From Octopus vulgaris (Eukaryota), in the NCBI GenBank assembly GCA_951406725.2, contig OX597819.1, positions 106,268,001 through 106,332,000 on the forward strand: a stretch of 64,000 nt of DNA, read 5' to 3'. A program made the position numbers and the translations under genes. The number at the start of each line of letters is the position of its first letter. Positions within the stretch are counted from its first letter, which is position 1. The notes under the pieces are model-generated. The model was given only the letters and a program-made list of their open reading frames with translations, was not told the origin of the DNA and did no database searches. This document shows, piece after piece, positions 1 through 12,625 of this stretch.

Positions 1-355
1 ATATAATGTCTTTTTTAACACAAAAGAATGCGTAATTTCAAGATTTAACTGTTATTTCTAAATAACATTATGATACTATAATTATTTTATGGTTCTCAAG
101 AGGACGACTATTCTTTGCGAAACTGTTTTTATATTTTCTTTTCGTAAACAGTTGTGTACGAGAGAAAATCTACATCGGTAGACCTGTTTGCCTGCGTGTT
201 AATTGGCTTCGGCGTCTAGTTTTAATTGTCTAATCAACTAAATTACCTGCTAATTAAATTAGCGTGTACTTTGGACAGTATTGAGAGCCTCACGCACCAT
301 TACGTATTTTTCTGGCAAAAGCCAGGTGACTGTATGTTATGACACTCTCTCTCTG

Positions 356-410
<55 letters not shown>

Positions 411-412
<2 letters not shown>

Positions 413-760
413 TCGTGGCACTCCGTCAGTTACGACGATGAGGTTTCAGTTACTCGCGAAATTAACGTGCAAGTAGCTGAACACCCCACAGATAGGTATA
501 CTCTTAAAGTAGTTCTCAGGGATATTCAGCGTGAAACAGAGTCTGAAAAGGCTGGCCCTTTTGAAATACAGGTACAACAGAAACGGGAAGAAAGAGTGAG
601 ATAAGGTTGTGGCGAAAGAGTGCAGCAGTGTTCACTACCACCCTCTGCCGGAGCCCCGTGGAGCTTTAGGTGTTTTCGCTTAATAGACACTCACAACGTC
701 CGGTCTGAGAATCGAAAACACGAGTCCGATGCCCTAATCACTGGGCCGTTACGCCTCCAC
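411..760 (-). mobile_element. tRNA-derived SINE
   Basis: Reverse complement starts gtggaggcgtaacggcccagtgattagggc... and shares its 5' ~170-190 nt with 39431-39615. Confidence 0.8.
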
Positions 761-847
761 AATATATATATATATATTATATATACGCCATGATAGGCAA
801 CATATGTATACTTTAGAGGTTGGTGAGTGATGGTATATATGTACACA

Positions 848-1037
848 ATGATAGATCGTTAGCTACTACACACATTTTTTCCTCTCCTTGTTTTTTTTTT
901 CTGTGTCCCTTTCTGTAGAAGAGCGTAGGCTCGAAACGTAAAAGACTTTTTTTCTATTCCTGAGCGCTATACTAATACATCTGTTTGTTTGTACACCACC
1001 TGTCTTCGTCTTTTGTTTATTTTCGTAAACTTTCCCT
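848..1037 (+). repeat. ~200-bp interspersed repeat, family H2 (hammerhead-like, TA-flanked)
   Basis: Reverse-complement homologues at 28073-28284, 47288-47488 and 25398-25520. Confidence 0.85.
909..944 (+). ncRNA. Hammerhead-like motif with variant core (CUGUAGA)
   Basis: cttt CTGTAGAA gagc gtag gctc GAAA cg TA aaag: all stems in hammerhead order, one conserved core position differs. Confidence 0.5.
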
Positions 1038-1447
1038 TTATATTTATTATTTATTTATTTACTTTATTTTATCTAGTTTCAGCTCACGAGCTGTGGCCAT
1101 GCTAGGGCACCGCCATTTTTTGAGTATGTTCATAACACCAGCTTCATGATAAAGTTATTTTACTAAATTATTTGTTATATTTAAATTAATTGAAAGAAAC
1201 ACAGAGCATCTCAAAATAAATACAGCAACGAAAGGATTAATAAACATATATAAAGTTAATCTTCAAATTGCAAGAAAACTAGAGCATGGAAAGCAAAACA
1301 AATTACAGGTTCTAAATAGCACAAAGAGTCAGTAAAAAAAAGAAAATACCCAACAAATTGTTGTCCAGTGTAATACTTCATGTAATGTGTATATATATAC
1401 ATATACATACATACACACATACATACACACACATACACACACACACG

Positions 1448-1538
<91 letters not shown>

Positions 1539-1879
1539 GGTCTGATGCAGATTGTTTTCGAGGTCACACCTGTAATGGGAGCAGAACAAGTGTGATGCAA
1601 AGTGATTAGATTGCAGGTTCTGGTTGAGTGAAGAATGATATTGACTTTTTATAGAAGTGAATGTTGTTACCGAGTGATGACATGCGATTGCCTGGTACTT
1701 TGATTTATTGTGATTTTTAATGAACAATTCCGCTGCATTGAAATCCAATGCGAAAAAAAAAACAAAATAAATAATAAATAAATAAACGAAACTACCTAAA
1801 ATTAAAGATCGCTAACGTCTCTTGTAATAAATCTAATACTGACAGCTACTCTCGAAACACTTGTCAAATAATTCTTTAG

Positions 1880-2118
1880 GTAATACGGTTCTATATTTAA
1901 GAGATGAGGAAGTATGTGCATTATTTACATTATTTACGTTTGACGAATGCTTGTCCTCATCTTGTTTGTTGTTAACACAACGTTTCGGTTGATATACCCT
2001 CCAGCCTTTATCAGGTGTCTTGGGAAAATTTCAAACCTGGGTTCTCATGCCTAAGGTATTTTTCGATGCTATTCTTCTTCTTCTTCTTCTTCTTCTTCTT
2101 CTTCTTCTTCTTCTTCTT

Positions 2119-2204
<86 letters not shown>

Positions 2205-2208
2205 GCCC
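1880..2208 (-). mobile_element. Non-autonomous hammerhead-tailed element, left arm (head reduced to gggcata)
   Basis: 1920-2068 is an inverted homologue of 2356-2488. Internal (TTC)n(TTA)n array. Confidence 0.75.
1974..2019 (-). ncRNA. Second, mutated copy of the same hammerhead motif
   Basis: Reverse complement reads gacac CTGATaA a ggctg...caacc GAAA cg TT gtgtt. Stem I fully paired; one core and one stem II substitution. Confidence 0.6.
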
Positions 2209-2490
2209 GGGCATATGGCATAATGGTAAAGAGCGCGGGCTACTAACCCCAAGATTTCGAGTTCGATTCCAGGCAGTGACTTGAATAATAATAATGATAA
2301 TAATAATAATAATAATAATAATGATAATAATAATAATGATAATAATAATAATAGTCATCAAAAAATTCCTTAGATTCGAAATTTCCTGAAGACACCTGAT
2401 GAAGGCTGGAGGGTATATCAGCCGAAACGTTGTCTTAACAACAAACAAATGGGGACAAATATCTATCAAATTTAAATAATGTAAATAACT
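2209..2490 (+). mobile_element. tRNA-headed, (TAA)n-spaced, hammerhead-tailed element, right arm
   Basis: A box TGGCATAATGG (2216-2226), B box GTTCGATTC (2261-2269), (TAA)n 2284-2352, tail with hammerhead. Confidence 0.75.
2391..2436 (+). ncRNA. Minimal type I hammerhead ribozyme motif (PLE type)
   Basis: gacac CTGATGA a ggctg-(10 nt)-cagcc GAAA cg TT gtctt: intact core, 5-bp stem II, vestigial palindromic stem III (AACGTT), stem I with one mismatch. Confidence 0.75.
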
Positions 2491-4767
2491 GTTTAGGTGT
2501 CTTTTTCTTCTGTAAAGTGGCTCCTTTGTTTGATTTTAGTTCCTCTATATGATACTACAGACGTCTTCTACAAAGGCGTCGGATAGACCCATGCCCTGTG
2601 AAGTGAACCAGGTTGAGCAAATACTATGCGAAGATTAATAGACTGTTTGTGTTCTCAAGTTAATTTTATTTAATCAGTTGCTTTGTTTCACACCACAAGC
2701 AGGTTCTTTCATGCCTTTATGGTAAAGGTTTAATCAGAGAACGCGCCCTTGAGAATTTTGGATCATGTGTGAGGTCTAACGATGTCTAACATCTTGTTTT
2801 CATTTGCCTCTCGTTTCGATGGTCTTGCAAAAAAAGTCATGGGTCCTGCCTTTCACATACTAATTAAATACTTTTCATGTTCTCGTTGGAATTATAATTC
2901 CCTCACTTTATTTTGTTTTACATTTTTGGTTGAAGAATTTCTTTCGGGTTATAATACATATACCTATTTGTAAATTTTACTATATGAGTTATGTTTTCTT
3001 TTTAAATATACCTCATATCAGTCGTGATCCATCAAAATACTTCCAATTGTTACTGCCTTATCTATCTTTTCAAATATACTTCATCGTAGACTACTGTGTT
3101 ATGACCTTTCTCGTCGTTGCTTTTATTCAGGCTCTAGTAAATCCTATTCAAGCAGATCAATGATTTAATTCCTTTTCGTTGTAATGTGCTTTCGTGTGGG
3201 TGTTGCTTCTTAGACTTTGATCAGGTCAGTGTACGATTAAAATCATTACAAATGTGACCATTACAGCTTTACTGAGACATAGTGTATGCAAGACTAGTGT
3301 ATATGAATGTGACCATTATAATATTATTCAGACATAATGTATTTAGGTTAATTATCTAATGTTAACGCCTTGGCTATTTCCCCTACGTCAGCCATAATAG
3401 AGCGGAAATGTTATTTAAGAGCATATTTCAGTTATCTCTTTTATTATAGAGATATGCAAATGTTAACTACATTCTCTCTTTTGATGTAACATTAAGCAAT
3501 TTGAGAGGAAGTTTGTTCCTTCTTTAGCATGTTGAGCGACCGGACGCACTACTGTCGGCTATTTTATAGTTTTTCCTAGCATAGGTGTAAAACCTCATAT
3601 TTGAGGATTGCATAACAGGCGATTAGACCACCCCCAGTTTTTCATTTCTCCTTTATCTATCCTTCAAAGATGTAATTCAAATTTGTCATTGATTTTAACT
3701 CAGACGATCAAAAGCTGGAGTAAAATCTGCGAAGAAATTTGTCCGAAGTAGTAATGATTCCGCCAGTCTATCACCATTTTTGGTTTCTCTACAATACAAA
3801 GTGGTGCCTGAACATAAGTCCACATGTATAGGTTTTCGCAAAGTAAGTATCCATTTTATTGCAGAACTAGCGTATACCGTATTACATAAGGCAATGAACT
3901 TTTCATTTTTTAAACAGTTGACTGTATACGTAAAGAATAAGATAGACAAATAGATATATTAACAGATAGATAGAGAGAGAGAAAGAGAAAGAAAGTGAGA
4001 GAGAGAGAGAGAACTAGCATGACATAAAACTAGATCTCTGGCGAGATAATTTTATGCTGTTGCTGAGATAACTTTATAGTGTTCTCTCAACGGCGAGTCA
4101 AATATGTTGTTGGCATTCATTCCCGATATAAACTGACATCATACTGACTTATCAATAAATATATTCAATCTATGATGACTTTTCATTAATATCAGGATTA
4201 CATTACGCTTGAATATATTACCCAAAATAATGTTATATAAGACCACTGTGTTTAATTCCAGGGAGATTTGACTGTTATATCTAGCATTTCTAGCCATTAA
4301 TCATTTTCCTGACTTATTTATAGAAATTTTAAATATCCAATAAATTTTCTTTGATAAATAAAATAAGATATAAAATTTCCATTGATGGTATTAATAATGT
4401 GAGTAAACTTTCATATTTCTTTTAACTTTGTTGTGTATATGCGTGCGAATAATGTGTGTGTTTGTGCGCTTATGTGTGTGTATGTGTGTGTGTACTTGTG
4501 TATAAGTGTATGAGTGTGTGTCACTGCGTGTATGTGAGTGTTTGTGCATGAGGGTATATGTCTACGTATCACCCAGTGCGAGATAATTCGTACCGAAACC
4601 AATGCCAAATATATACAACTATTTATATTCATATGTATACACGTGGGTATGTGTGCGTGTGTTTGTACGTGTGTATATGTCTGTGACTGTATATAATTGT
4701 TTATTTTATCGTTTACTTGTTTCAGATATTAGAGTGCGGCCATGATGGGGCACGTGTGTCTACAGAT

Positions 4768-4768
4768 G

Positions 4769-4845
<77 letters not shown>

Positions 4846-4969
4846 GTCTGTCTGCCTGATTGTCTCTTTGTCTGTCGTCTACCTACCTACCTACCTATCT
4901 ACCAACCTACCTACCTACCTACCTACCTACCTACCTACCTACCTACCTACCTACCTACCTACCTGTCTG

Positions 4970-5056
<87 letters not shown>
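4768..5056. repeat. Compound (TATC)n/(TACC)n microsatellite
   Basis: Direct reading. Confidence 0.95.
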
Positions 5057-5313
5057 GTGTGTGTATGTATCTGTCTGTCTGACTATCTATAATAATTAAT
5101 CGGAAACTAAATATTTATCTTCTAAATCGAGATAACGCTAAAGTGAGGTCAAGTAAAATCTGCTGAAACTCAGTTTCCGAGTATATCTCTGCTATCTATA
5201 CTAGTCTGTGTTCGTGTGTACGTGTGTGTGTGTGCGCGCGCGCGTTCGTGCGTGCCTGTGTATATGTGTGCCTTGTGTCTGTGTGTGTATGTTTACGTAT
5301 ATCAATATCTATT

Positions 5314-5371
<58 letters not shown>

Positions 5372-5540
5372 GCAAAACAATAAAAAGAAACGTCCTCCTA
5401 CGACAATTAAAACAAACATGAATAGTAATGACATCAATATAACTTTAAACATTGTTGAATGTAAAGATGTTTAGCTTGGCATCTTGAAGTACAATTAACC
5501 AACCAATGTGTAATAGTTATAATAATGATAATAATAAAAT

Positions 5541-5791
5541 ACATGCGCCCTTTTAAAGCCTAGCCAGGCTCATGGGCCCGGTTTACTGGTTTCCATGGTG
5601 TATGTGTTCCCCTGGTGGATGGGACCCTAGTCCATTGCAGCGTTACACATTTTTGCCAGCTGAGTGGACTGGAGTAAAGTGAAATGAAGTGTTTTGCTCA
5701 AGAACCCAACGCGTCGCCCGGTCCAGGAATCGAAACCACAATCTTACGATCATGATGCTGACACCCTAACCACGAAGCCACGCGCCTCCAC
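5541..5791 (-). mobile_element. tRNA-derived SINE with CORE-like central domain
   Basis: Head gtggaggcgcgtggc...gtttcgattcctggaccggg. Centre ttcttgagcaaaacacttcatttcac...ccagtccactcagctg is shared with 15566-15900 and 34316. Confidence 0.8.
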
Positions 5792-7827
5792 GTAATAGTT
5801 ATAATACTATTATTAATCTATTACATCTTATCTTTTCTCTTTAATATGTATACATGTATATGGTGTTTAAACACACACAGATGCACACACACATACGCGC
5901 ACACACTCACTCACCCCTCACACACATATCTGTGTGTGTGTGTGTGAGTATGTGTGTACCTCGTTATCGTATGGCAGCAGTCTACGTTACTAATTAAATC
6001 AGAAATATCTTGCCAATTAAATTATACCGATTGTTCTAATCGATAAGGCAGTCATCCAGCCGATGATAGATACGCTGAGTGGCTGATATTTGAGGACTTG
6101 TTCCTCTTTTTCCTGTCGTATCCGGTGCCCATAAATGTCTGATAGATAATTATATATGATATATAATTTATACTTGCAACTTTAATTGTTTAACATCTTG
6201 CCACCAACGCATCAGTCTCCGGCTTCTATAAGTGTTCCAGTTTCTGGTTGACTGGGTAACATGCTTTTTCTTTTTATAAATAAGTTTCCTTGAATCCCGG
6301 ATGTAAAATACAAATCGGAAAGACGTGAAATCGCTGAAATATAAGCAGAGCAACATGATACTACTACTCAGAGTTATCGGCGGAAGGCTTCACTCTCGTA
6401 ATCTAGAGTTCCGGTTCATCCAACATCCGGCTTAACGGGTTAACAGGTTTTAACACCGATGCGCTCTATAGATACTTGTGCATGTTTTATGTTTTATGCG
6501 CGTGTGTGTGACTCTACATTTGATTATGTGTGTGTCCCTGCAGATGAGTATGTGTGAGACAGAGATAGTGAGAGGGAGGGTGTGTGTGAGTGTGTGTATG
6601 AGATATCGAAAGAGAGGGAGGGGTATGTGTGTGAGAGAGAGGGAGGTGGAGAGAGAGGGAGGTGGAGAGAGAGTCAGTCTTGTTCCACGACTTTTCATTG
6701 AAATATTACTCCTTCATTGATTCCGGCTGAAGGAAGGTGTGCCTAAGTCGTTCGCTGAGACAACACACGACTTTAGACAATTCCCCCTACGTTTTCTTAT
6801 AAACGCTGTTGTTTTCGTTTTAAGTCTGTGTGGAACTATAATTATATTGTAAGTTCACTGACTTTTCAATACCGTCTTCATCATATATCTACACGAACTG
6901 ATATTAGTAACACTAATTGATTTTCTTAGAAGCCAGGGCCACTGTCAGCGTTACTTTTTCTGTATTTGTTTCCCATTTATCACCAGACATTCTCTTTTTT
7001 CCTGAAGTCTGCCGTCAGGTTTTTGCAGTAATTAGAAAATATATCTTATTTGTGCCTGGTATTATTTGCAGCTATATTCAGTATAACCTTATAGTTGTTA
7101 CTGTTTAACTAAAGATCGACATTGATTGAGTAGCCCAGAGTTAAATACTATTTCAGCCGCGACCTTCTTATTTGTCAATAATTTAGGACAGCATTGTTCA
7201 ATGTGTCTTTCTTTTCAGAGGACGGCCAGGAATGATTTGATTAAAAAAAAAAGTAAAGAAAAAAGTGCTGATACTTTCCAGCCATGAGCATCCAGTCAAA
7301 ACTTCTCCCTTGCTATGTCATCCTATATGTCCATCCTTCCTAAGACGGCGTAATTAACTTGGATGTTATCAACAATGGATAATGAATGACATTTAAACAG
7401 AACTCGGAATAATTAAAGTGGACAATTAACATAAAGTAGATTACAAGATGTAATAAACTGTCATCGTAAAACCAGTTTAACTATTTTAAGTACTTACTAC
7501 ATTTAAAGGGCAACTTTAAAAATTAGCTTGCCCTTGTTTTATAGTGTTTTGTTAGAGAAAGGAAAGACCCTCTTTATCATTTTCAAGTCCTTTATGACTA
7601 GTGAGGAGAGCGTGGTGTAGTTATATTTAGATTGAACTCTTAGTCCGAATATTTTTAATACCTTGGAGCCTGCTATCAAGGTTCAAGCGCTGCTGTTAAA
7701 CAAAGTGACAAAATAGGAACGGTTCCCGGCGAGCTTCCACACAGATTCCTTATATGTCTACGAGGGAGTTTGTACATTGTCACCAGACGAAGCAGAAGTG
7801 ACTACTAAGTTTCCTACAAACCGTAGT

Positions 7828-8008
7828 CTAGGTGCACGAGTGACTAGGTGCACGAGTGACTGTGTGGTAATTAGGTTGCTTACCAACCAGATGGTTCCGG
7901 GTTCAGTCCCAGTGCGTGACACCTTGGGCAAGTGTCTTCTACTATAGCCTCGGGCCGACCAAAACCTTGTGAGTGGATTTGGTAGAGGGAAACTGAAAAA
8001 GCCCGTCG

Positions 8009-8072
<64 letters not shown>

Positions 8073-8280
8073 TGTGTGTGTGTTTCTTCCCTCCAACATC
8101 GCTTGAAAACAGATAATAGTGTGTTTACGTCCCCGTAACTAGCGGTTCGGCAAAAGAAAATGATAGAATAAGTACTAGACTTAGAAATAATAAGTCCTGG
8201 GGTTTATTTGCTCGTGTAAATGTAGTGCTCCAGCATGGCTGCAGTCAAATGACTGAAACAAATAAAAGAATAAAAGAATT
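7828..8280 (+). mobile_element. Major bipartite SINE with internal (TA)n(TG)n microsatellite
   Basis: tRNA-like head (tgtgtggta...ggttcagtccc), ccttgggcaagtgtcttct core, tail ctccagcatggctgcagtcaaatgactgaaacaaataaaaga. At least five copies in the window. Confidence 0.85.
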
Positions 8281-9168
8281 TGTTAAATTTTGGAAAGTAA
8301 AAGTGGGATGCTCATAGCCGAAGAGTTTTATTAGAAGTCTACTCAGAGGGAATGATCAGGAATACAGGACAAGGAAAACAATAACGTCAACACAGATGAT
8401 GTATTTAACTGAAATTATATATAAAAAAAAACAAGAGTATTGTAACCATAGAATACAAGATTATTGAAAGCACAGTATACAGTGGTATTGAAATCATAAA
8501 ACGAAGAGTAATAAAATACTTTACACAGGAATCGAAATTTAAATATTAGAGTGTATTAAACAATATACATTTGTAAGTAGAATTCATAAAGAAGGAAAGT
8601 ATATTTTTCATTATTGGCCACACAGGGTTGAACACAGAGGGGACAAAATACAAAGCAGAGATTTTCTTTTTGGAAAGAAGGGAAAAAAAGTGGATCGAAT
8701 TTCGATCAAAAGGGATCGTGAAAAAAAAAATAAAGCCGATCAATAGGGATCATGTATCACAGAAATATCAATGTAAAAAGGGAAAGACCAAGGTAACCTT
8801 GGGCAATAGTGTCATGCAAAAAACACGTTACAGTAAGTGACACTCTTTTTTCCTTTCTTTTTTTTTTTCATAGGTTTATTTTCAAGCTGGCTCCGTCATT
8901 CACACGTGCCATCCTTGCTACATTCACTCATCTTTTTTTGAAACATTCACTAGACAGAACTTCCCTCTCTACTCTCACCTTCCTCTTCAAGTGATACTTG
9001 AAGAAGTTGAAGGAGAGTATAGAAATCATAACATAAAAGGGTATTGAAATCATAATATTCAAAAGAATTTCGTTACCGAAAAATTACGTTATCGATAATT
9101 TACTAATATAGATTATAAATTGAATGGTGCTGTGCATTTGATGTCATTAGAAGCGTATTTAGAAAGTA

Positions 9169-10207
9169 TATGAGGAGGTGCTGAGAGGTTCTTGGCTTGA
9201 AGGATGTCGCGAAAGGCTTGGTTGGAGGCTCAGCCTTCTGAGTTCTTTCTCAACCTTTTGAGTTCTGAAGGACTGCTGCAATAAGTGTGTGAATCCGAGA
9301 AAGGAATACATGGCGTACTCAAAAATCATCCGGCCTTGATTTCTTTTGCACAACATAATAATGCGCGAGCAAGATCCGCATGGGTATTAGATGGCCGTGT
9401 TTTTTCTGACTATGCCCCAAACTTTTCGTGTCTGGAAGTTGCGCCATTCGCCAGCAGTGACGCGTTGAGTACAGTCATGAAGAGAGTGCTGTGCGAATTT
9501 TCTTTTTGAGTCACGATGACCGAGTGCATTGAGCAAAGATACTGTGTCAAACACTGTTATAAACTTGGAGATACGCCAGCCCAGACTATCGAGAATATTG
9601 AAAAGGCCTTTGGAGATGATATTATGGGAAAAACACAAATAAAGGAGTGGTACTATCGGTTCAGATGTGTGCAGCAATGTGAAAGTCATAATGACCTATT
9701 TATTTTTACTACAGAGGTATTGTGCACCATGAATATGCATCACAATGTCAGTCAATTAACAAAGAATACGACTTGGGGGTTCTTCGTCGCTTTCCTGAAC
9801 CTGTGTGGTGAAAACGACCCGACCTGTGGGCAGCAAAGAACTGGCAACTCCAACATGACAACGCGCCCGCTCAATCTGCCCACGGCGCTCAAGCATTCCT
9901 CGTTAAGCAAAACACACCACTTGTTTCTCAGTATTCCTATTCTTCAGACTTGGCTATTCTCAAAGCTCAAAAAATACTCAAAGGGAGAGGATTTGAGTTA
10001 ACAGAAGACATTAAACAAAATTCGACGGCACAGCTCTACAGCATCCCCATAAAGTGATTTCCAGAAATGTTTCCAGCGGTAGCAGGAACGCTGGCAGAAG
10101 TACGTAAATTCCTAAGGCGAATACTTTGAAGGAGGCTAAGTCAAAATGGTGTGTTTTTAAAATATTGTTTTTGGTCAAAGGTCGGATACTTTTTGACCAC
10201 ACCTCGT
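9169..10207 (+). mobile_element. Internally deleted mariner transposon relic
   Basis: ORF 9516 begins with a mariner HTH (IEQRYCVKHCYKLGDTPAQTIENIEKAFGDDIMGKTQIKEWYYRF). Frameshifted catalytic part WQLQHDNAPA. Ends tatgagg.../...cctcgta. Confidence 0.88.
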
Positions 10208-10403
10208 ATGTAGAATAAAATCATAATTAACTGATCCTCTTGTATTTTCTTTTACTGAAATTCAGCAACCCCTCATAGAATTGTATTGTATAAAATGATT
10301 TGAATAAGAATTAACTAGAGAGATACAGATACAGCAGGGACGATACACATGGACACTTAAACAGGTCAAAACAAGAGCTAGAAAAAACTCAAAAGTTTAG
10401 ATG

Positions 10404-10654
10404 AGTGCTTCTCAACAATTCTTTACTTATGGGTTCCTTTCATTTCTATTTTACTCAAGTGGACCCTCCTAGCGATTAGACGTTAAAACAATCCTATTTT
10501 GTTTTTTTTTAACAATTATTAGGAATTTTATTTAAAAATTGTTGAAATATTTTGTATATTTTAGAAATATTCCCAGTTTATTGGAGTTAAATTTTAACAA
10601 CAAAATCTTATGTGAACCATCAGGAGCCATATGAGCCCCGGTTGAAAATCCCTG
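10404..10654. mobile_element. hAT-like MITE
   Basis: Ends gagtgcttctcaac...gttgaaaatccctg resemble CAGTGGTTCTCAA TIRs. Body is homologous to 12102-12300. Confidence 0.65.
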
Positions 10655-10822
10655 GTTTAGATTTACCATCTTCAAAATATTCTCAATAGATTGTGTTCTA
10701 GGCGGGAAATATCTGAAATATGTTATGCTAGTCATGGTCGTAATATAATTTGGAACTGTTATACTTATCTCTAGCAGACCTGACTTTGGATAAAAAAACA
10801 GCAACGTCAAATGAGCTACACG

Positions 10823-10862
<40 letters not shown>

Positions 10863-11182
10863 GGTGCAGGTATTGATGCGTGCGCGCTAGCATGAGAGAG
10901 AAAGAGAGAGGGGGATAGAGAGAAAGAGAGACAGAGAGAGAAAAGAGAAAAGAGAGAGAGAGAAAAATCTTGATCAGCAAATATTTTTATTTGTTTCATA
11001 TGTTCCCTATGTGGGCACACTGACACACGCACACACATATACATACATACATACAGATATATATGTATACTATGTCATTATAAGAAAACAATTTATAACA
11101 TTCTTCAGACATATTGACTCAAATATATATTTTTTAACCTTTTAAAACAAGCCTTCTGTAGTTTTTTCACTTTTTACTATTT

Positions 11183-11423
<241 letters not shown>

Positions 11424-11464
11424 AACAACAACAATATCAGTATCAGTAATAACAATGACTAGCA

Positions 11465-11805
11465 ACAGGCTAGTCGATTCTATATACCCCAATATTTGAC
11501 TAATATTTTAGTTTACCGTCTCCGATGACATAAAAAAAGAGTTGACCTCGACGCCGCTTGAAGTTAAGACGTAAAGAGCCATAATAAAAACTATGAAGCA
11601 TTTTTAACGACTCTGCACGTCCACCATCGTTAACAGTAACCGCGAGGGAGCTGGGGTGGATTAGTCGAATATATCAACCCCAGTCCTCGACCTCGAAATG
11701 ATGAAAGGCAAAGTCGACATCAGCGGAATTTTAACTCAGAACACAAAGACGGACGGTAAGCATTTTGCTCGGTTTGCTAACAATTCTGCCATATCGCCAC
11801 CTTAT
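11465..11805 (-). mobile_element. Two degenerate tandem copies of the Nin/Deu-like SINE
   Basis: gaaaggcaaagtcgacatcagcggaatttttaactcagaac and a more decayed upstream equivalent (gttgacctcgacgccgcttgaagtt). Confidence 0.7.
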
Positions 11806-12101
11806 GTAATAATATATCAAAGAATATGAAATACGCTTTTATATATTTTGGAGGTATAACTGTTTCAAATGTGGTCTGAAGTGTTATGTTGATGCATACT
11901 ACTAGCATATCTCAGACATAGAAACCAAAGATGACACTTCTAAAATACGCTGTATCTGTTAAATTGAAATACCACCGAAAAACTCAAATGATACATTTCA
12001 TATAAAACTGTTCTTTAATAATATTTTAAGTAACACTTGATTACAGGTAAAACAAAGATCAGCATCCTTGATATTTTCCTAAATATCTGAGACTAGTTAC
12101 A

Positions 12102-12303
12102 GCAGTGGTTCTCAACTACTTTTTAGTTAAGGACCCCTTTGATTCCTATTTCACTCGAGTGGATCCTCAGCCATTTCGATGTTTAAATATCCTATTATAA
12201 TTTTACTATTATATATTATTAGAACTGTACAAAAGGCTTAAAATATTTTGTGTATGAAGCAGTAAAACGAATTTATTGAACATAAGGACCTCCCAGAGTT
12301 AGA
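12102..12303. mobile_element. hAT-like MITE, second copy
   Basis: Starts cagtggttctcaac; matches 10404-10570. Confidence 0.65.
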
Positions 12304-12625
12304 TGAATGAAACAAATATTTTCTTAACAAGCGTTTTGGCCTGATTGACTGCTATAAAGTGATTAACATTAATGCGAGTAAAGTTCAGGATGGAAATGGT
12401 GAATGAAACTAGGATAAAATTTACAATAATATTCTTTTATTTTTTAATGACTTTTAGCATAAATGCTGCGGTCATGCAGGGGCCAAACCGCTATTATCAC
12501 TTTTTCAATTGCTATTACTATGTGGTTGACTTAAGGTGAATGAAATAATTTAATATTGCTGCCCTCGTTTTAAATCACTTGCAGTGATGAAGGTTCATCT
12601 GGGATGATTTTAGGCAGCAGAAAGT

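Noticed and set aside
90-130. ctcaagagg...gcgaaac hammerhead-like spacing
   Set aside because: Core mismatch and no consistent stem II or stem I pairing.
2209-2283. Functional tRNA gene
   Set aside because: A and B boxes are present but the acceptor and anticodon stems do not pair properly; it is a SINE-type head.
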